NCBI GenBank assembly: GCA_039926045.1
Contig: JBDSXS010000087.1
Coordinates: 1 to 47,920 of the forward strand
Source of the DNA: Ferruginibacter sp.
GTDB lineage: Bacteria; Bacteroidota; Bacteroidia; Chitinophagales; Chitinophagaceae
Direction: 5' to 3'
Length of the DNA: 47,920 nucleotides
Under the pieces are notes generated by a model, which saw only the letters and a program-made list of their open reading frames with translations, ran no database searches and had not been told where the DNA came from. Below are positions 16,610-26,433 of this stretch, piece after piece; the first letter of the stretch is position 1, and each line of letters begins with the position of its first letter. The translations under genes and the position numbers were made by a program.

Positions 16610-18067
16610 ATGAAGAAAGGTTTAACTGCGGTATTCCCAAAAACCCCAACAGGGATTGATGGACTGGATGAAATAACCGAAGGTGGTTTACCACGGGGCC
16701 GCCCCACACTTGTATGCGGCAATGCCGGTTGCGGTAAGACTTTATTCGGGATCCAGTTTCTTGCAAAAGGAATTTCTGTATACAATGAGCCGGGCGTATT
16801 CATGAGTTTTGAAGAAACCAAAACTGACCTGGCAAAAAATGTACGATCGCTTGACATTGACCTGGAAAAATTGATCCAGGAAAAAAAGTTACGCGTTGAC
16901 CATGTAAGGGTAGAACGCTCTGAAATTGAAGAAACAGGAGAGTATGACCTGGAAGGTTTATTCATTCGCCTCAATCATGCTATTGACAGCATCGGTGCCA
17001 AACGCGTTGTACTCGACACCATTGAATCGCTTTTTGGCGGAATTGAGAATACGGTTATGCTGCGTTCCGAATTACGCAGGTTGTTCCAATGGCTGCGGGA
17101 TAAAGGTGTAACAGCCGTGATCACCGGTGAAAGAGGTGAAAGAACTTTAACAAGACAAGGACTGGAAGAATATGTTTCCGACTGCGTGATCCTGCTCGAC
17201 TTCCGCGTGATCGAGCAAATTGCCACCCGCAGGTTACGTATTGTTAAATATCGGGGTTCTACCCATGGTACCAATGAATACCCGTTTCTTATTGACGAGA
17301 ATGGGCTTTCCGTGTTGCCGATCACTTCATTAAAGTTAGAGCACAATATCTCCAGCCAGGTCATTTCGACAGGACTTGACGGACTTGACCAGTTTTTTCA
17401 TAAAGGCGGAGTATTTAAAGGCAGCAGCATACTTGTTTCCGGTTCTGCCGGCACAGCCAAAACAATTCTTGCCTCCTGTTTTGCAAAGAGCAGTTGCAGC
17501 CGTAAAGAGCAAACTTTATATTTTTCTTTTGAAGAGTCTCCTGCGCAATTAGTACGTAACATGCAATCAGTTGGTATTAATCTTAATCCTTTCATTAAGG
17601 CAAAACTGCTGCATATTCATGCTTCCCGGCCATCATTGCAGGGACTTGAGCATCATCTTTTGATATTGTATAAGCTTATCGCAAAACATAAACCCCAAAC
17701 AGTTATTGTTGATCCCATCAGCAGCCTCATCTCCATTGGTTCTATGAATGAGGTCAGGGATATGCTGGTGCGCCTGATCGATCTGTTAAAGACCCATGGG
17801 ATCAATGCTTTTTTTACTTCGCTTACCAATGAGGTCTTTGAAGATAAAGACCTGACCGTAAATGCAGTATCATCCCTTGCTGATATATGGATAAAACTAA
17901 AAAATGTGAACACGGGTTTGAACCAGGTACGCTCACTTCGTATTGTAAAAGCACGTGGTCTTGGACACAAGACAGAGTCACAACATTTTACCATTACCGG
18001 TAAAGGCATATCACTCACTAATGAAAATGAAAAAAGCAGGCAAAAGATCCTGGCTAAAACTGTATAA
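16610..18067 (+). CDS. kaiC: KaiC family double-RecA ATPase
   Basis: [18 protein letters not shown]; Walker A GNAGCGKT and GSAGTAKT; SFEE twice; VKYRG and VKARG; VSSLAD at the phosphosite position. Confidence 0.95.
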   Translation: MKKGLTAVFPKTPTGIDGLDEITEGGLPRGRPTLVCGNAGCGKTLFGIQFLAKGISVYNEPGVFMSFEETKTDLAKNVRSLDIDLEKLIQEKKLRVDHVRVERSEIEETGEYDLEGLFIRLNHAIDSIGAKRVVLDTIESLFGGIENTVMLRSELRRLFQWLRDKGVTAVITGERGERTLTRQGLEEYVSDCVILLDFRVIEQIATRRLRIVKYRGSTHGTNEYPFLIDENGLSVLPITSLKLEHNISSQVISTGLDGLDQFFHKGGVFKGSSILVSGSAGTAKTILASCFAKSSCSRKEQTLYFSFEESPAQLVRNMQSVGINLNPFIKAKLLHIHASRPSLQGLEHHLLILYKLIAKHKPQTVIVDPISSLISIGSMNEVRDMLVRLIDLLKTHGINAFFTSLTNEVFEDKDLTVNAVSSLADIWIKLKNVNTGLNQVRSLRIVKARGLGHKTESQHFTITGKGISLTNENEKSRQKILAKTV

Positions 18068-18074
18068 AATCTAC

Positions 18075-18383
18075 ATGATGGCTAAAGAAAAAGAAATACA
18101 ATACGAATTACGCTTATACATTGCCGGTCAAACTCCAAAATCGCTGGCCGCATTGAATAATATCACTAAATATTGTAAAGAACATTTAGCAGGAAAGTAT
18201 TCTATTGAAGTAATTGACCTGCTCAAAAATCCGCAGCTTGCCGAAGGTGACCAGATATTTGCGATCCCAACACTTGTTCGCAAAGTACCTGTACCCATCC
18301 GAAATATAATTGGCGACCTCTCTAACGAAGAAAAAGTTTTAGTCGGCTTAAATATTCGTAAGCTCAACACTAAAATAATATAA
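18075..18383 (+). CDS. kaiB: KaiB family protein
   Basis: [14 protein letters not shown]...[24 protein letters not shown]...IIGDLS. Start reassigned to ATG 18075/18078. Confidence 0.95.
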   Translation: MMAKEKEIQYELRLYIAGQTPKSLAALNNITKYCKEHLAGKYSIEVIDLLKNPQLAEGDQIFAIPTLVRKVPVPIRNIIGDLSNEEKVLVGLNIRKLNTKII

Positions 18384-18384
18384 C

Positions 18385-18696
18385 ATGAAAGAAGCCTCAA
18401 AATATAAATTTGTAGTTGAGGGTACATTGGTATTACAGCTTTATGTTTCGGGCATGTCGGTAAAATCTATGGAAGCCATTGGGAACATCAAACAGCTTTG
18501 CGATGAGCATTTACAGGGTGCCATTGACCTGGAAATAATAGACCTTTATAAAAATCCCGAGTTGGCCATTGAACAGCAGATCGTTTTCAGTCCATCATTA
18601 ATAAAACAATTGCCCCTACCCAAAAAAACATTGATAGGAACTTTTGCAGATACTGAAAAAGTAATAAAGGGTTTGGGTATCAGAATAATAGAATAG
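18385..18696 (+). CDS. kaiB: Second, divergent KaiB family protein
   Basis: LQLYVSGMSVKS...LEIIDLYKNPELA..QQIVFSPSLIKQLPLP. Confidence 0.9.
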   Translation: MKEASKYKFVVEGTLVLQLYVSGMSVKSMEAIGNIKQLCDEHLQGAIDLEIIDLYKNPELAIEQQIVFSPSLIKQLPLPKKTLIGTFADTEKVIKGLGIRIIE

Positions 18697-18697
18697 C

Positions 18698-20401
18698 ATG
18701 AAAGCCCCGTTAGTTGAAAATCTTTTATCTGAAATAGACGAATTAAAAAACCGGCTTGGCGAAGCCGAGCAGCTTATAGAAGCCATTAAAGCAGGAGAAG
18801 TGGATGCTTTTGCTTTCTCTAAAGCTGACAAGCTTGAAGTTTTCACACTTGAAGGTGGTGATTATGCCTACCGTATATTGGTGGAAAATTTAAGAGAAGG
18901 TGCATTGAATCTTTCAGAAGATGGTTTGATCGTTTATACGAACACTTATTTTCATGAGCTACTCCATCTCCCTTATGAGAAAGTGATCGGCACTTCCATT
19001 TTTGATCTTATTCATTCATCATCAAAAGAGGCATTTAACCGGCTTTTTGTAAAAGGTTTGGCAGGGCTAAGCAAGGGAGAAATAACTCTTTGCACCGGGA
19101 ACAAAATAATCCCGGTATATGTTTCTCTTAGTTCCTTATATCCAACATTGCCAACAGTGGGCATGATCGTAACCGATCTCACGGCAAAGAAAAAACAGGA
19201 AAAGATCCTTGAAGAAAAGAATGCACAGCTCGAAAAAATGAATAAAGAGTTTCAGTTGGGAGAGGAACGGTACCACAAAATGGTAAAAGAAGTAAAAGAT
19301 TATGCCATTTTATTTTTAAGTACAGAGGGTATAATTATGAACTGGAATGAAGGCGCACAAAAGATAAAAGGGTACAGCGCAGAGGAGATCATCGGGAATA
19401 ATTTCAGCATATTTTATACCCAGGGGGATAAGGATAACGGCTTGCCCGAAAAATTATTAACTGAAGCAAAAGAAAAAGGTACGGCCAATCATGAAGGATG
19501 GAGGGTTCGCAAAGACGGCAGCTTATTCTGGGGAAGCATTGTAATTACTGCGCTCCATGACCACGATAAAAACATCATCGGGTTTTCAAAAGTAACCAAG
19601 GACCTGACCGACAAAAAAATTACAGATGACAGGATAAAAAGATTCAACCAGGAACTTAAACTTAAGAACGAGGAACTCGAAAAAATGAACAACGAGTTAC
19701 AATCATTTGCTTATATCTCCAGTCATGACCTGCAGGAACCGCTCCGCAAAATTCAAACCTTCGCTACACGTATACTGGAAAAAGAAGAACAAAATTTATC
19801 CGCCTACGGAAAAGACCATTTTAAAAGAATGCAGGTAGCGGCTAAAAGGATGCAAAAACTGATTGACGATCTATTGGCTTACTCACGAACCAGTACAGCA
19901 GACCGGGTATTTGAAAAAACAAACCTGAATAAGATCGTAGAAGAGGTAAAAGAAGATCTGAAAGAAGATATACAGGAAAAGCAGGCCATTATAGAAACTT
20001 CCGACCTGGGTGAAGTGGATATTATTCCTTTCCAGTTTTACCAGCTTATTTACAATATCATTGGTAACTCGCTGAAATATTCAGGCAATGTTGAACCACC
20101 GCATATCAAAATAAAAAATGAGGTCTCCAACGGATTTAAATTCAATGATAAAATAGTTTCTCCACAAGAGAAATATTATCATCTTATCATTTCAGATAAT
20201 GGAATTGGTTTTGAACAGCAATACAGCGAAAAGATATTTGAAGTATTTCAACGGCTTCACGGCAAAACCGAATATAAAGGCACAGGTATTGGGCTTGCCA
20301 TTGCAAAAAAAATTGTAGAAAACCACAACGGCGTTATTACAGCCAGCGGAGAACCAAACAAAGGTGCAACCTTTGAAATTTATCTTCCCCTCATGCAATA
20401 A
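18698..20401 (+). CDS. Cytoplasmic PAS-PAS sensor histidine kinase
   Basis: Two PAS domains; H-box SHDLQEPLRK; N, G1 (DNGIG), F and G2 (GTGIGL) boxes; no TM segment. Confidence 0.93.
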   Translation: MKAPLVENLLSEIDELKNRLGEAEQLIEAIKAGEVDAFAFSKADKLEVFTLEGGDYAYRILVENLREGALNLSEDGLIVYTNTYFHELLHLPYEKVIGTSIFDLIHSSSKEAFNRLFVKGLAGLSKGEITLCTGNKIIPVYVSLSSLYPTLPTVGMIVTDLTAKKKQEKILEEKNAQLEKMNKEFQLGEERYHKMVKEVKDYAILFLSTEGIIMNWNEGAQKIKGYSAEEIIGNNFSIFYTQGDKDNGLPEKLLTEAKEKGTANHEGWRVRKDGSLFWGSIVITALHDHDKNIIGFSKVTKDLTDKKITDDRIKRFNQELKLKNEELEKMNNELQSFAYISSHDLQEPLRKIQTFATRILEKEEQNLSAYGKDHFKRMQVAAKRMQKLIDDLLAYSRTSTADRVFEKTNLNKIVEEVKEDLKEDIQEKQAIIETSDLGEVDIIPFQFYQLIYNIIGNSLKYSGNVEPPHIKIKNEVSNGFKFNDKIVSPQEKYYHLIISDNGIGFEQQYSEKIFEVFQRLHGKTEYKGTGIGLAIAKKIVENHNGVITASGEPNKGATFEIYLPLMQ

Positions 20402-20430
20402 TATTGATCACTAAAGTATTTGAAAGCAGA

Positions 20431-20832
20431 TCATAAATTCTGTGTAGTAATAACAATCCTGGGTGAAAGATCGGCCCTGTTAACTACCAGGTCTGTTTTT
20501 ATTTCTACCGATCCTTTATCAACCATCGTTGGCGCTATCTTTTTCAATTGTTGTATGAACTTTAGTCTTTGCGCCTTATTCAATTCCTTTAAACGAAATG
20601 CCAGGTAGTATTCACCTTCTTTGCCCATGGGGCCTATATTGTCCACTGCCATACGTTTTATCCTGTTCTGCTTTTTAAAATTCTTTACCAATTCCATCAC
20701 CGGGGCATTGTCGGGTACACCGCAGCACATGCTATTGAAAGAAACCACCACAGCATAGAAATTACTTTTTTGAGCAGAAACAGCTGTAGTAAGCAGGGTT
20801 ATTGCGAGGATCGATAAAATAAATTTTTTCAT
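20431..20832 (-). CDS. Exported hypothetical protein
   Basis: Signal peptide; SFNSMCCG and GKEGEYY motifs. Confidence 0.8.
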   Translation of the reverse strand: MKKFILSILAITLLTTAVSAQKSNFYAVVVSFNSMCCGVPDNAPVMELVKNFKKQNRIKRMAVDNIGPMGKEGEYYLAFRLKELNKAQRLKFIQQLKKIAPTMVDKGSVEIKTDLVVNRADLSPRIVITTQNL

Positions 20833-20981
20833 AATGATGTTTTGCTCTTATATAATTGTAAGACGCCGAAATTATAATAAAGTTCACCAGTATAATTTTA
20901 TTTAACAAAACTCATATGGGCATTGCCTGTTTTAAAATTCAGGCCGGAAATTTCTTAATTTAGCATAAAATTGATCGAACA

Positions 20982-21371
20982 ATGGAAGCAAATGCAGAAA
21001 CCTATAATATTTATTTCGACGGGGAAATTAATGCCGTGGTTATGCAATGGGATGGCTATGCCACCAGCAGCCAGTTCAAAGAAGGTACAGAGTTGATGCT
21101 GAACACGCTGATCAAACATCATTGTATTAAAGTACTGGCCGATATCAAGGATATGGTATTGATAGGTATGGAAGACCAGCAATGGTTAGACCAGCATTTC
21201 TTACCACGTGCTATAGAATTTGGTTTTAAGGCGCTCGCCATCATCAGGCCTGAAAATTATTTTAATAAAGTAGCAGTAGAAAGCATTTCCTATAAAGTTG
21301 ATAAAGACAAGCTGGCCATCAATTTCTTTGAAAATGTTGACGAAGCCAAAGCATGGTTGAAGAGTATATGA
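20982..21371 (+). CDS. STAS/SEC14 (SpoIIAA-like) small protein
   Basis: W.GY.TS..FKEG...KVLAD...DQQWL...FLPRA...FFENVDEAKAWL pattern. Confidence 0.75.
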   Translation: MEANAETYNIYFDGEINAVVMQWDGYATSSQFKEGTELMLNTLIKHHCIKVLADIKDMVLIGMEDQQWLDQHFLPRAIEFGFKALAIIRPENYFNKVAVESISYKVDKDKLAINFFENVDEAKAWLKSI

Positions 21372-21904
21372 TGTTTTCATGCTCCATCCCACATATCAGC
21401 ATTGCCACAACTGCAGATATACCGTCCATAAATGTACTGCTCAACAATACATACCGGGGAGAAGCCTCCAGGCAGGGCTGGACAACAGAAGCCGATCTTA
21501 TTGCGGGCGATACCCGTGCAGATGAGCATATGCTGCAGGAAGTGATGCATATGCATAGCAGTGTTTTCTTAAAATATACCGGTGAAGAACAGATCACAGG
21601 ATGTGTAAACCTGCAGCAGCATGGTAATAAGCTGTACCTGGGCATGTTCAGTGTTGCACCGCAATTGCAGGGTGGGGGCATTGGCAAACAATTATTAAAA
21701 GCTGCAGAAGAATACGCACAGCATATTCAATGCAACACCATTTATATGCATGTGGTGTCTGTTCGTACAGAACTGATCAACTGGTACAAGCGGCATGGTT
21801 ATACAGATACCGGTGAAAGAAAACCTTTTACTGAAGATGGACTGACCGGTAAGCATTTACAGGTGCTGGAGTTTATGGTAATGGAGAAATCATTGGTTCA
21901 ATAA
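21368..21904 (+). CDS. GNAT family N-acetyltransferase
   Basis: YRGE.SRQGWTTEA; motif A VAPQLQGGGIGKQLL; WYKRHGY. Start uncertain. Confidence 0.9.
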   Translation: MMFSCSIPHISIATTADIPSINVLLNNTYRGEASRQGWTTEADLIAGDTRADEHMLQEVMHMHSSVFLKYTGEEQITGCVNLQQHGNKLYLGMFSVAPQLQGGGIGKQLLKAAEEYAQHIQCNTIYMHVVSVRTELINWYKRHGYTDTGERKPFTEDGLTGKHLQVLEFMVMEKSLVQ

Positions 21905-21991
21905 ACCGGGATCTTTTTTAAAATTTCTTACCTCCAGTAAAAGCTGTATCTTATACCTATCCTAACCATTTTCTTAACCGGCAAATACCAT

Positions 21992-23368
21992 ATGCAAAAA
22001 AGCAAGGCATTAAAGCTTTTCATCATCCTTTTTTTTACCCTGCAGGGTTACAATCTTCATGCACAAAGCTTTTATGAGTTCTCTTATTATTTTGAAGTAA
22101 ATAATGTGCGCAAGCAGTATAAAGCTTTCCTGGTAAGGCATGCAGATGGTACTGGGTTTATGATCACACGTTATTTTTATGAATCTGGAGAAGGTGCAGG
22201 GGAAGGTCGGCGGTTTACGATTGAAGAAGATTATGCCAGGGGAAAGGATGGTTTACCTGACACAACATTACTGGTATTGAAAAGCACAGGACTTCCTGAT
22301 CCTGCACTTATTAATGCCAGTGTTTACACGCAAACACAAAACGACACAGCTTATGATAACTATCAAGGCCCGCTGGTCTTGTTTAAAAAAGACAGCAAAA
22401 CAGGCTATTTTGAGCCAGCAGCAATTATTTCGCCTTATCCAAATGTTGAAGTGCCGGTAACTATCCTGCAAATGAATTACCTGCCGCATGGTTTAGATGA
22501 ACGAACATTTCCTACTTACTTCATGGAAAACGATCCGCTGTATGGACAATTGTTCTTTGCTAAGTCAGGCCTACCCAATCCGAAGACAACGAGTTTGCAT
22601 TTGATCATTGTTGCCAACACCAATGACAATTCTATTGGCAATAGTTGTGTAATAGATAAAGATGGGACCTATAAATTTTTTAAGCAGATCTGCGAAGTCT
22701 TAAATGTAAGTTTTAAGCCTAAAATAATATTTGGTTCAACCTACAGTAAGAAAAATGTTGACCTGGCTATTACTAACCTGCGTCCCAAGAAAGATGATAT
22801 TGTAGTGTTTTATTATTCGGGCCATGGCTTCAGTAATACGGGCGATAAATATTTTTATCCTTACCTCGACCTCCGTGAAAAGACCTCGCAAAAATATGGA
22901 GGCAAATATGCATTAAATATCCAGGACATCTATGAGTCATTAAAAAGTAAAGGCGCCCGGCTTACGGTGGTGGTGAGTGATTGCTGCAACTCCGATCCCA
23001 GCATTGGCAGTACGGTCATTAGCAATATTGCAACAACAAGGGATATTTCTCTTGGTTGGAATGAAGACCTATGTAAGCAACTCTTTATGGACTCTGTTCG
23101 CAGATCTATTTTAATGACCGCTGCTTCAAAGGGAGAAGTGTCTGCAGGGAATAATAATATAGGCGGCATTTTCAGTTATAACATGAGGGCATCATTGGAG
23201 AAATTTATGAGCCCCTTCAATGGTAGCAATGTTTCATGGGAAGAAATATTGGTTAATGTAAAACAAAAAACCATATCCAAAGCGGCGAATACATTATGCC
23301 CCCAGGCCGATGAAACGTATAAGCCCTGTACACAAAACCCGCTTTTTAAACTGGAGAAGGGTAAATGA
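21992..23368 (+). CDS. Exported caspase-like (C14) peptidase
   Basis: Signal peptide; DIVVFYYSGHG (catalytic His) and VVSDCCN (catalytic Cys); AASKGE.S; GGIFS. Confidence 0.85.
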   Translation: MQKSKALKLFIILFFTLQGYNLHAQSFYEFSYYFEVNNVRKQYKAFLVRHADGTGFMITRYFYESGEGAGEGRRFTIEEDYARGKDGLPDTTLLVLKSTGLPDPALINASVYTQTQNDTAYDNYQGPLVLFKKDSKTGYFEPAAIISPYPNVEVPVTILQMNYLPHGLDERTFPTYFMENDPLYGQLFFAKSGLPNPKTTSLHLIIVANTNDNSIGNSCVIDKDGTYKFFKQICEVLNVSFKPKIIFGSTYSKKNVDLAITNLRPKKDDIVVFYYSGHGFSNTGDKYFYPYLDLREKTSQKYGGKYALNIQDIYESLKSKGARLTVVVSDCCNSDPSIGSTVISNIATTRDISLGWNEDLCKQLFMDSVRRSILMTAASKGEVSAGNNNIGGIFSYNMRASLEKFMSPFNGSNVSWEEILVNVKQKTISKAANTLCPQADETYKPCTQNPLFKLEKGK

Positions 23369-23381
23369 AATAAAATATCAT

Positions 23382-24359
23382 ATGCAGCAGATCAACTGGG
23401 GTATTATCGGATGTGGGGATGTAACGGAAATTAAAAGCGGGCCTGCCTTTAATATCGTGGAAAATTCCCGGTTGGTAGCCGTGATGCGCCGCAACCCCGA
23501 AAAAGCAAAAGATTATGCCATGCGTCACAACGTGCCCCATTGGTACACGGATGCAAACCAACTCATCAACGACCGGGAAGTAAATGCTATTTACATAGCC
23601 ACGCCACCATCATCTCATGAAGCCTATGCTATTGCTGCGATGAATGCGGGCAAACCTGTATATGTAGAAAAACCCATGGCCCTTAATTATGCTGCTGCAA
23701 AAAATATGGCTGATGAGGCCAGCGCAAAAAACATGAAACTGGTTGTGGCACATTACCGCAGGGAATGGCCGCTTTTTAAAAAACTGGGAGAATTGATTCA
23801 TGATAAGGTCATTGGCGATCTAAGGCTTGTGCGGCTTATATTGTATAAAACCCCTTTTAGTAAAGAACAACTGGAAGATGAAAAGATCGCCTGGCGGGTA
23901 AATCCTGCCATTGCGGGAGGCGGCATCTTTCATGATCTTGCCCCGCACCAGCTGGATATTATGTATCATCTCTTTGGTGCGGCTAAAAAAATAACCGGCA
24001 TTGCAACAAACCAGGCAGGCAACTATGCTGCCGATGATATGGTGGCAGGCAATATCCTTTTTGAAAATAATATTGTCTTTAGCGGTGCCTGGTGTTTTAG
24101 TGCAGATATACAAAGCGACCATTGCGAAATAATTGGCAGTGCAGGTAAGATCAGCTTTAGTTTTTTCGGCGGCGATCATATTGAATTGGTTAAAGATAAT
24201 GCGACCACTGTTTTTAATTTTGATCTGTTGAAACATGTGCAGCAACCGATGATCGAAAGGACGGTGCAATATTTTTTAAATAAAGCTGAGAACCCCTGTA
24301 GCGGGGAAGAAGGAGTAGAAGTAATGCGGTGGATGGAGGAGATGGTAAATAAAAAGTGA
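23382..24359 (+). CDS. Gfo/Idh/MocA family oxidoreductase
   Basis: WGIIGCG, YIATPP, EKP, AGGG.FHDLAPHQLD. Start reassigned to ATG 23382. Confidence 0.93.
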   Translation: MQQINWGIIGCGDVTEIKSGPAFNIVENSRLVAVMRRNPEKAKDYAMRHNVPHWYTDANQLINDREVNAIYIATPPSSHEAYAIAAMNAGKPVYVEKPMALNYAAAKNMADEASAKNMKLVVAHYRREWPLFKKLGELIHDKVIGDLRLVRLILYKTPFSKEQLEDEKIAWRVNPAIAGGGIFHDLAPHQLDIMYHLFGAAKKITGIATNQAGNYAADDMVAGNILFENNIVFSGAWCFSADIQSDHCEIIGSAGKISFSFFGGDHIELVKDNATTVFNFDLLKHVQQPMIERTVQYFLNKAENPCSGEEGVEVMRWMEEMVNKK

Positions 24360-24470
24360 GGATCAATCGCAGGGGATGTTCATACAATAAACATTTAGCA
24401 GAACTCATCAAACTAATTTCCATCAACTGCATTATTTTCTTGATAATACGAATATTCCTGCTTGCACGCC

Positions 24471-24502
24471 AAAAAAATGTTCCGCCCATGGGACGGAACA
24501 TT
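24471..24502 (-). terminator. Rho-independent terminator
   Basis: AATGTTCCG...CGGAACATT stem with an A-run on the left (U-tail on minus strand). Confidence 0.75.
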
Positions 24503-24539
24503 AGTGCTTAAGTATCATTTACATATTACCGGGAATGGA

Positions 24540-24908
24540 TCAATGCTTTTTGTGTTTTTTATAGCCATTACCATTATTACCATGGTTACCGTTATTGCCA
24601 TTATTGCCACGGGTTATCCATGTTCCCTGTATCCACCTGTTACCATGCTTGCTACGCTGCCAATAACCCGGCCTGCGGTAATAACCTGGTTGAGCCGGAG
24701 CTTCCCAATGTCCTCCTGAATACCTGTAGGAATTTCCGTTGGGTTCCCATTCTTCATTCACCCAAACATATACTGGGCTTGGTTGTGGTGGTCTTGGTAT
24801 TACGTGGTAAGTTGGACGGATCTGTACATATATCTGTGCTGAAGCAGAGAAAGTGGCTGCCATTAGAATTACCGCAACAACCAGCAGTTTACTTAATTTG
24901 TTTTTCAT
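24540..24908 (-). CDS. YXWGXW repeat-containing exported protein
   Basis: Signal peptide; YVWVNEEW, YSGGHW, RPGYW, WIQGTW repeats; GNN/GH tail. Confidence 0.88.
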   Translation of the reverse strand: MKNKLSKLLVVAVILMAATFSASAQIYVQIRPTYHVIPRPPQPSPVYVWVNEEWEPNGNSYRYSGGHWEAPAQPGYYRRPGYWQRSKHGNRWIQGTWITRGNNGNNGNHGNNGNGYKKHKKH

Positions 24909-25026
24909 TATTGAGATTTTATTTGATTTATTGATTGATGAAATAATGTGGTAAAGATGATGCATTTTTTGGTATAGGAATTACATTATTGTTTATATAA
25001 GTTGTATAAATCACACATTGGAATGA

Positions 25027-25797
25027 TCATCTCCACTTAAATGCAAAATAACTGCAAGGCTTTTCAGATGCATTGCCTACGCCGTGCATTTTACCGCTTT
25101 CGATGATATACAGATCGCCGGGGCCGGCTTTATATGTTATTCCATCAATGGTCATTTCAGTGTCTCCATCGATCATCAATATGATCTCGGTATCTTTATG
25201 CATATGTGGTGCATGACTTGGCCCTTTTTGTTTTAGATACGTAATGTGCATTTCATAGTTCTCACACATGGCTGTAGGGCGATCGAAATATTTACGGGTG
25301 CCTTTATTATTGACTTCTTTATAAGCCAGTGAATCATAATTCAATAATAATGTACCTCCGGCATTTGCACTTCCTTGCATATTCATGAGCTTTTTTGAAC
25401 GGAACATCAATACATAATAGGTGAGGGGGCCGTCACCAATATTTTCAAATAGCTGGACCTCAAAGGGCGGAACAAGCAGTACGCTGCCCTTACCAAGCAC
25501 CCCATTTTTGTTGCCAATGGTACATTTCATCGTTCCCTCTTTTATAATAATTACTTCTTCAATATCTTTTTGTGTATGTGGGGGCCTGGGTACAGCGCCC
25601 TTCATTTGGGTAGTGGTATGTATCTCAAAGTATTCAAATTCATTGGTAGTTCCTTCTGCAATTTTACGGGTTTCACGTAAACCGTCTTTTTTCACAGGCA
25701 GGTTGTTCCAATGAAAGACAGCAGATCCAATGGGTTGCAATTGTGAAAATGCATTCATTGTAATTGTTATAAGCAGCGACAGGAGTATTAATTTCAT
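25027..25797 (-). CDS. Exported bicupin protein
   Basis: Signal peptide; two cupin motifs (PPHTQ..EE; HAPHMH..E...H). Confidence 0.88.
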   Translation of the reverse strand: MKLILLSLLITITMNAFSQLQPIGSAVFHWNNLPVKKDGLRETRKIAEGTTNEFEYFEIHTTTQMKGAVPRPPHTQKDIEEVIIIKEGTMKCTIGNKNGVLGKGSVLLVPPFEVQLFENIGDGPLTYYVLMFRSKKLMNMQGSANAGGTLLLNYDSLAYKEVNNKGTRKYFDRPTAMCENYEMHITYLKQKGPSHAPHMHKDTEIILMIDGDTEMTIDGITYKAGPGDLYIIESGKMHGVGNASEKPCSYFAFKWR

Positions 25798-25970
25798 GTG
25801 GAATGTGATATTAGCTTTGATCTAAAGATAATTTTTTCTTTCGCCGGATACAAAAGATTTTAAAGCAGGAGCGAATGCATTACTGGAAAAACGGTCACCG
25901 CAATTTCAATAAGGGGCAAAGATGAGTGCAACAGGTAATCTAAAAAAAATGATATGGCTGTTGGCAATAT

Positions 25971-26141
25971 CTATTTCAACACATTATCAATTTCCGCATC
26001 GCCTTCTTCATCTTTCGACTTGTGAAAATCTTCGTTGAGATCCTCCTCCACTTTTTCTTTGTCTTTTTGATTACGAACTACCAGGAAAACAATGAGTGCA
26101 ATGGCTGCAACTCCAAACAATATCAATACAGGCATGTTCAT
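25971..26141 (-). CDS. Small single-TM membrane protein (56 aa, not in the ORF track)
   Basis: MNMPVLILFGVAAIALIVFLVVRNQKDKEKVEEDLNEDFHKSKDEEGDAEIDNVLK*; ATG 26141, TAG 25971-25973. Confidence 0.8.
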   Translation of the reverse strand: MNMPVLILFGVAAIALIVFLVVRNQKDKEKVEEDLNEDFHKSKDEEGDAEIDNVLK

Positions 26142-26294
26142 GATATAAAGTTTGAAGATAAAGTTAAAACGATTTTTTTAGGTTGTATGTTAAGTTTTCT
26201 TACCCAACTGCCGTAAGTAAATATGTGAATGATGTAAGATTTTTTTAAGATTGTGTAACAATAAAAATTAAAATGAAACGCATCTTTGTTAAAC

Positions 26295-26371
26295 GATTTT
26301 AGCGTTCAAGCAGGATTTCTCATACAGTTAGTTTTAGGTTTAAGCTCCTTCTAATAAAAGGAGCTTTTTTA
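26295..26371 (+). ncRNA. Candidate small RNA
   Basis: Promoter-like TGTAAC...CATCTTTG upstream and terminator AGCTCCTT/AAGGAGCT+T-run, in a divergent intergenic region with no ORF to terminate. Confidence 0.4.
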
Positions 26372-26433
26372 TTTCAAAAAGTTGACCGCATGTTATCTTT
26401 ACTATTTCCTGCATAAATCGTAGATTGGGTGGT

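Noticed and set aside
16610-18696. A true circadian clock
   Set aside because: There is no kaiA and the KaiC tail is short; oscillation cannot be inferred from sequence.
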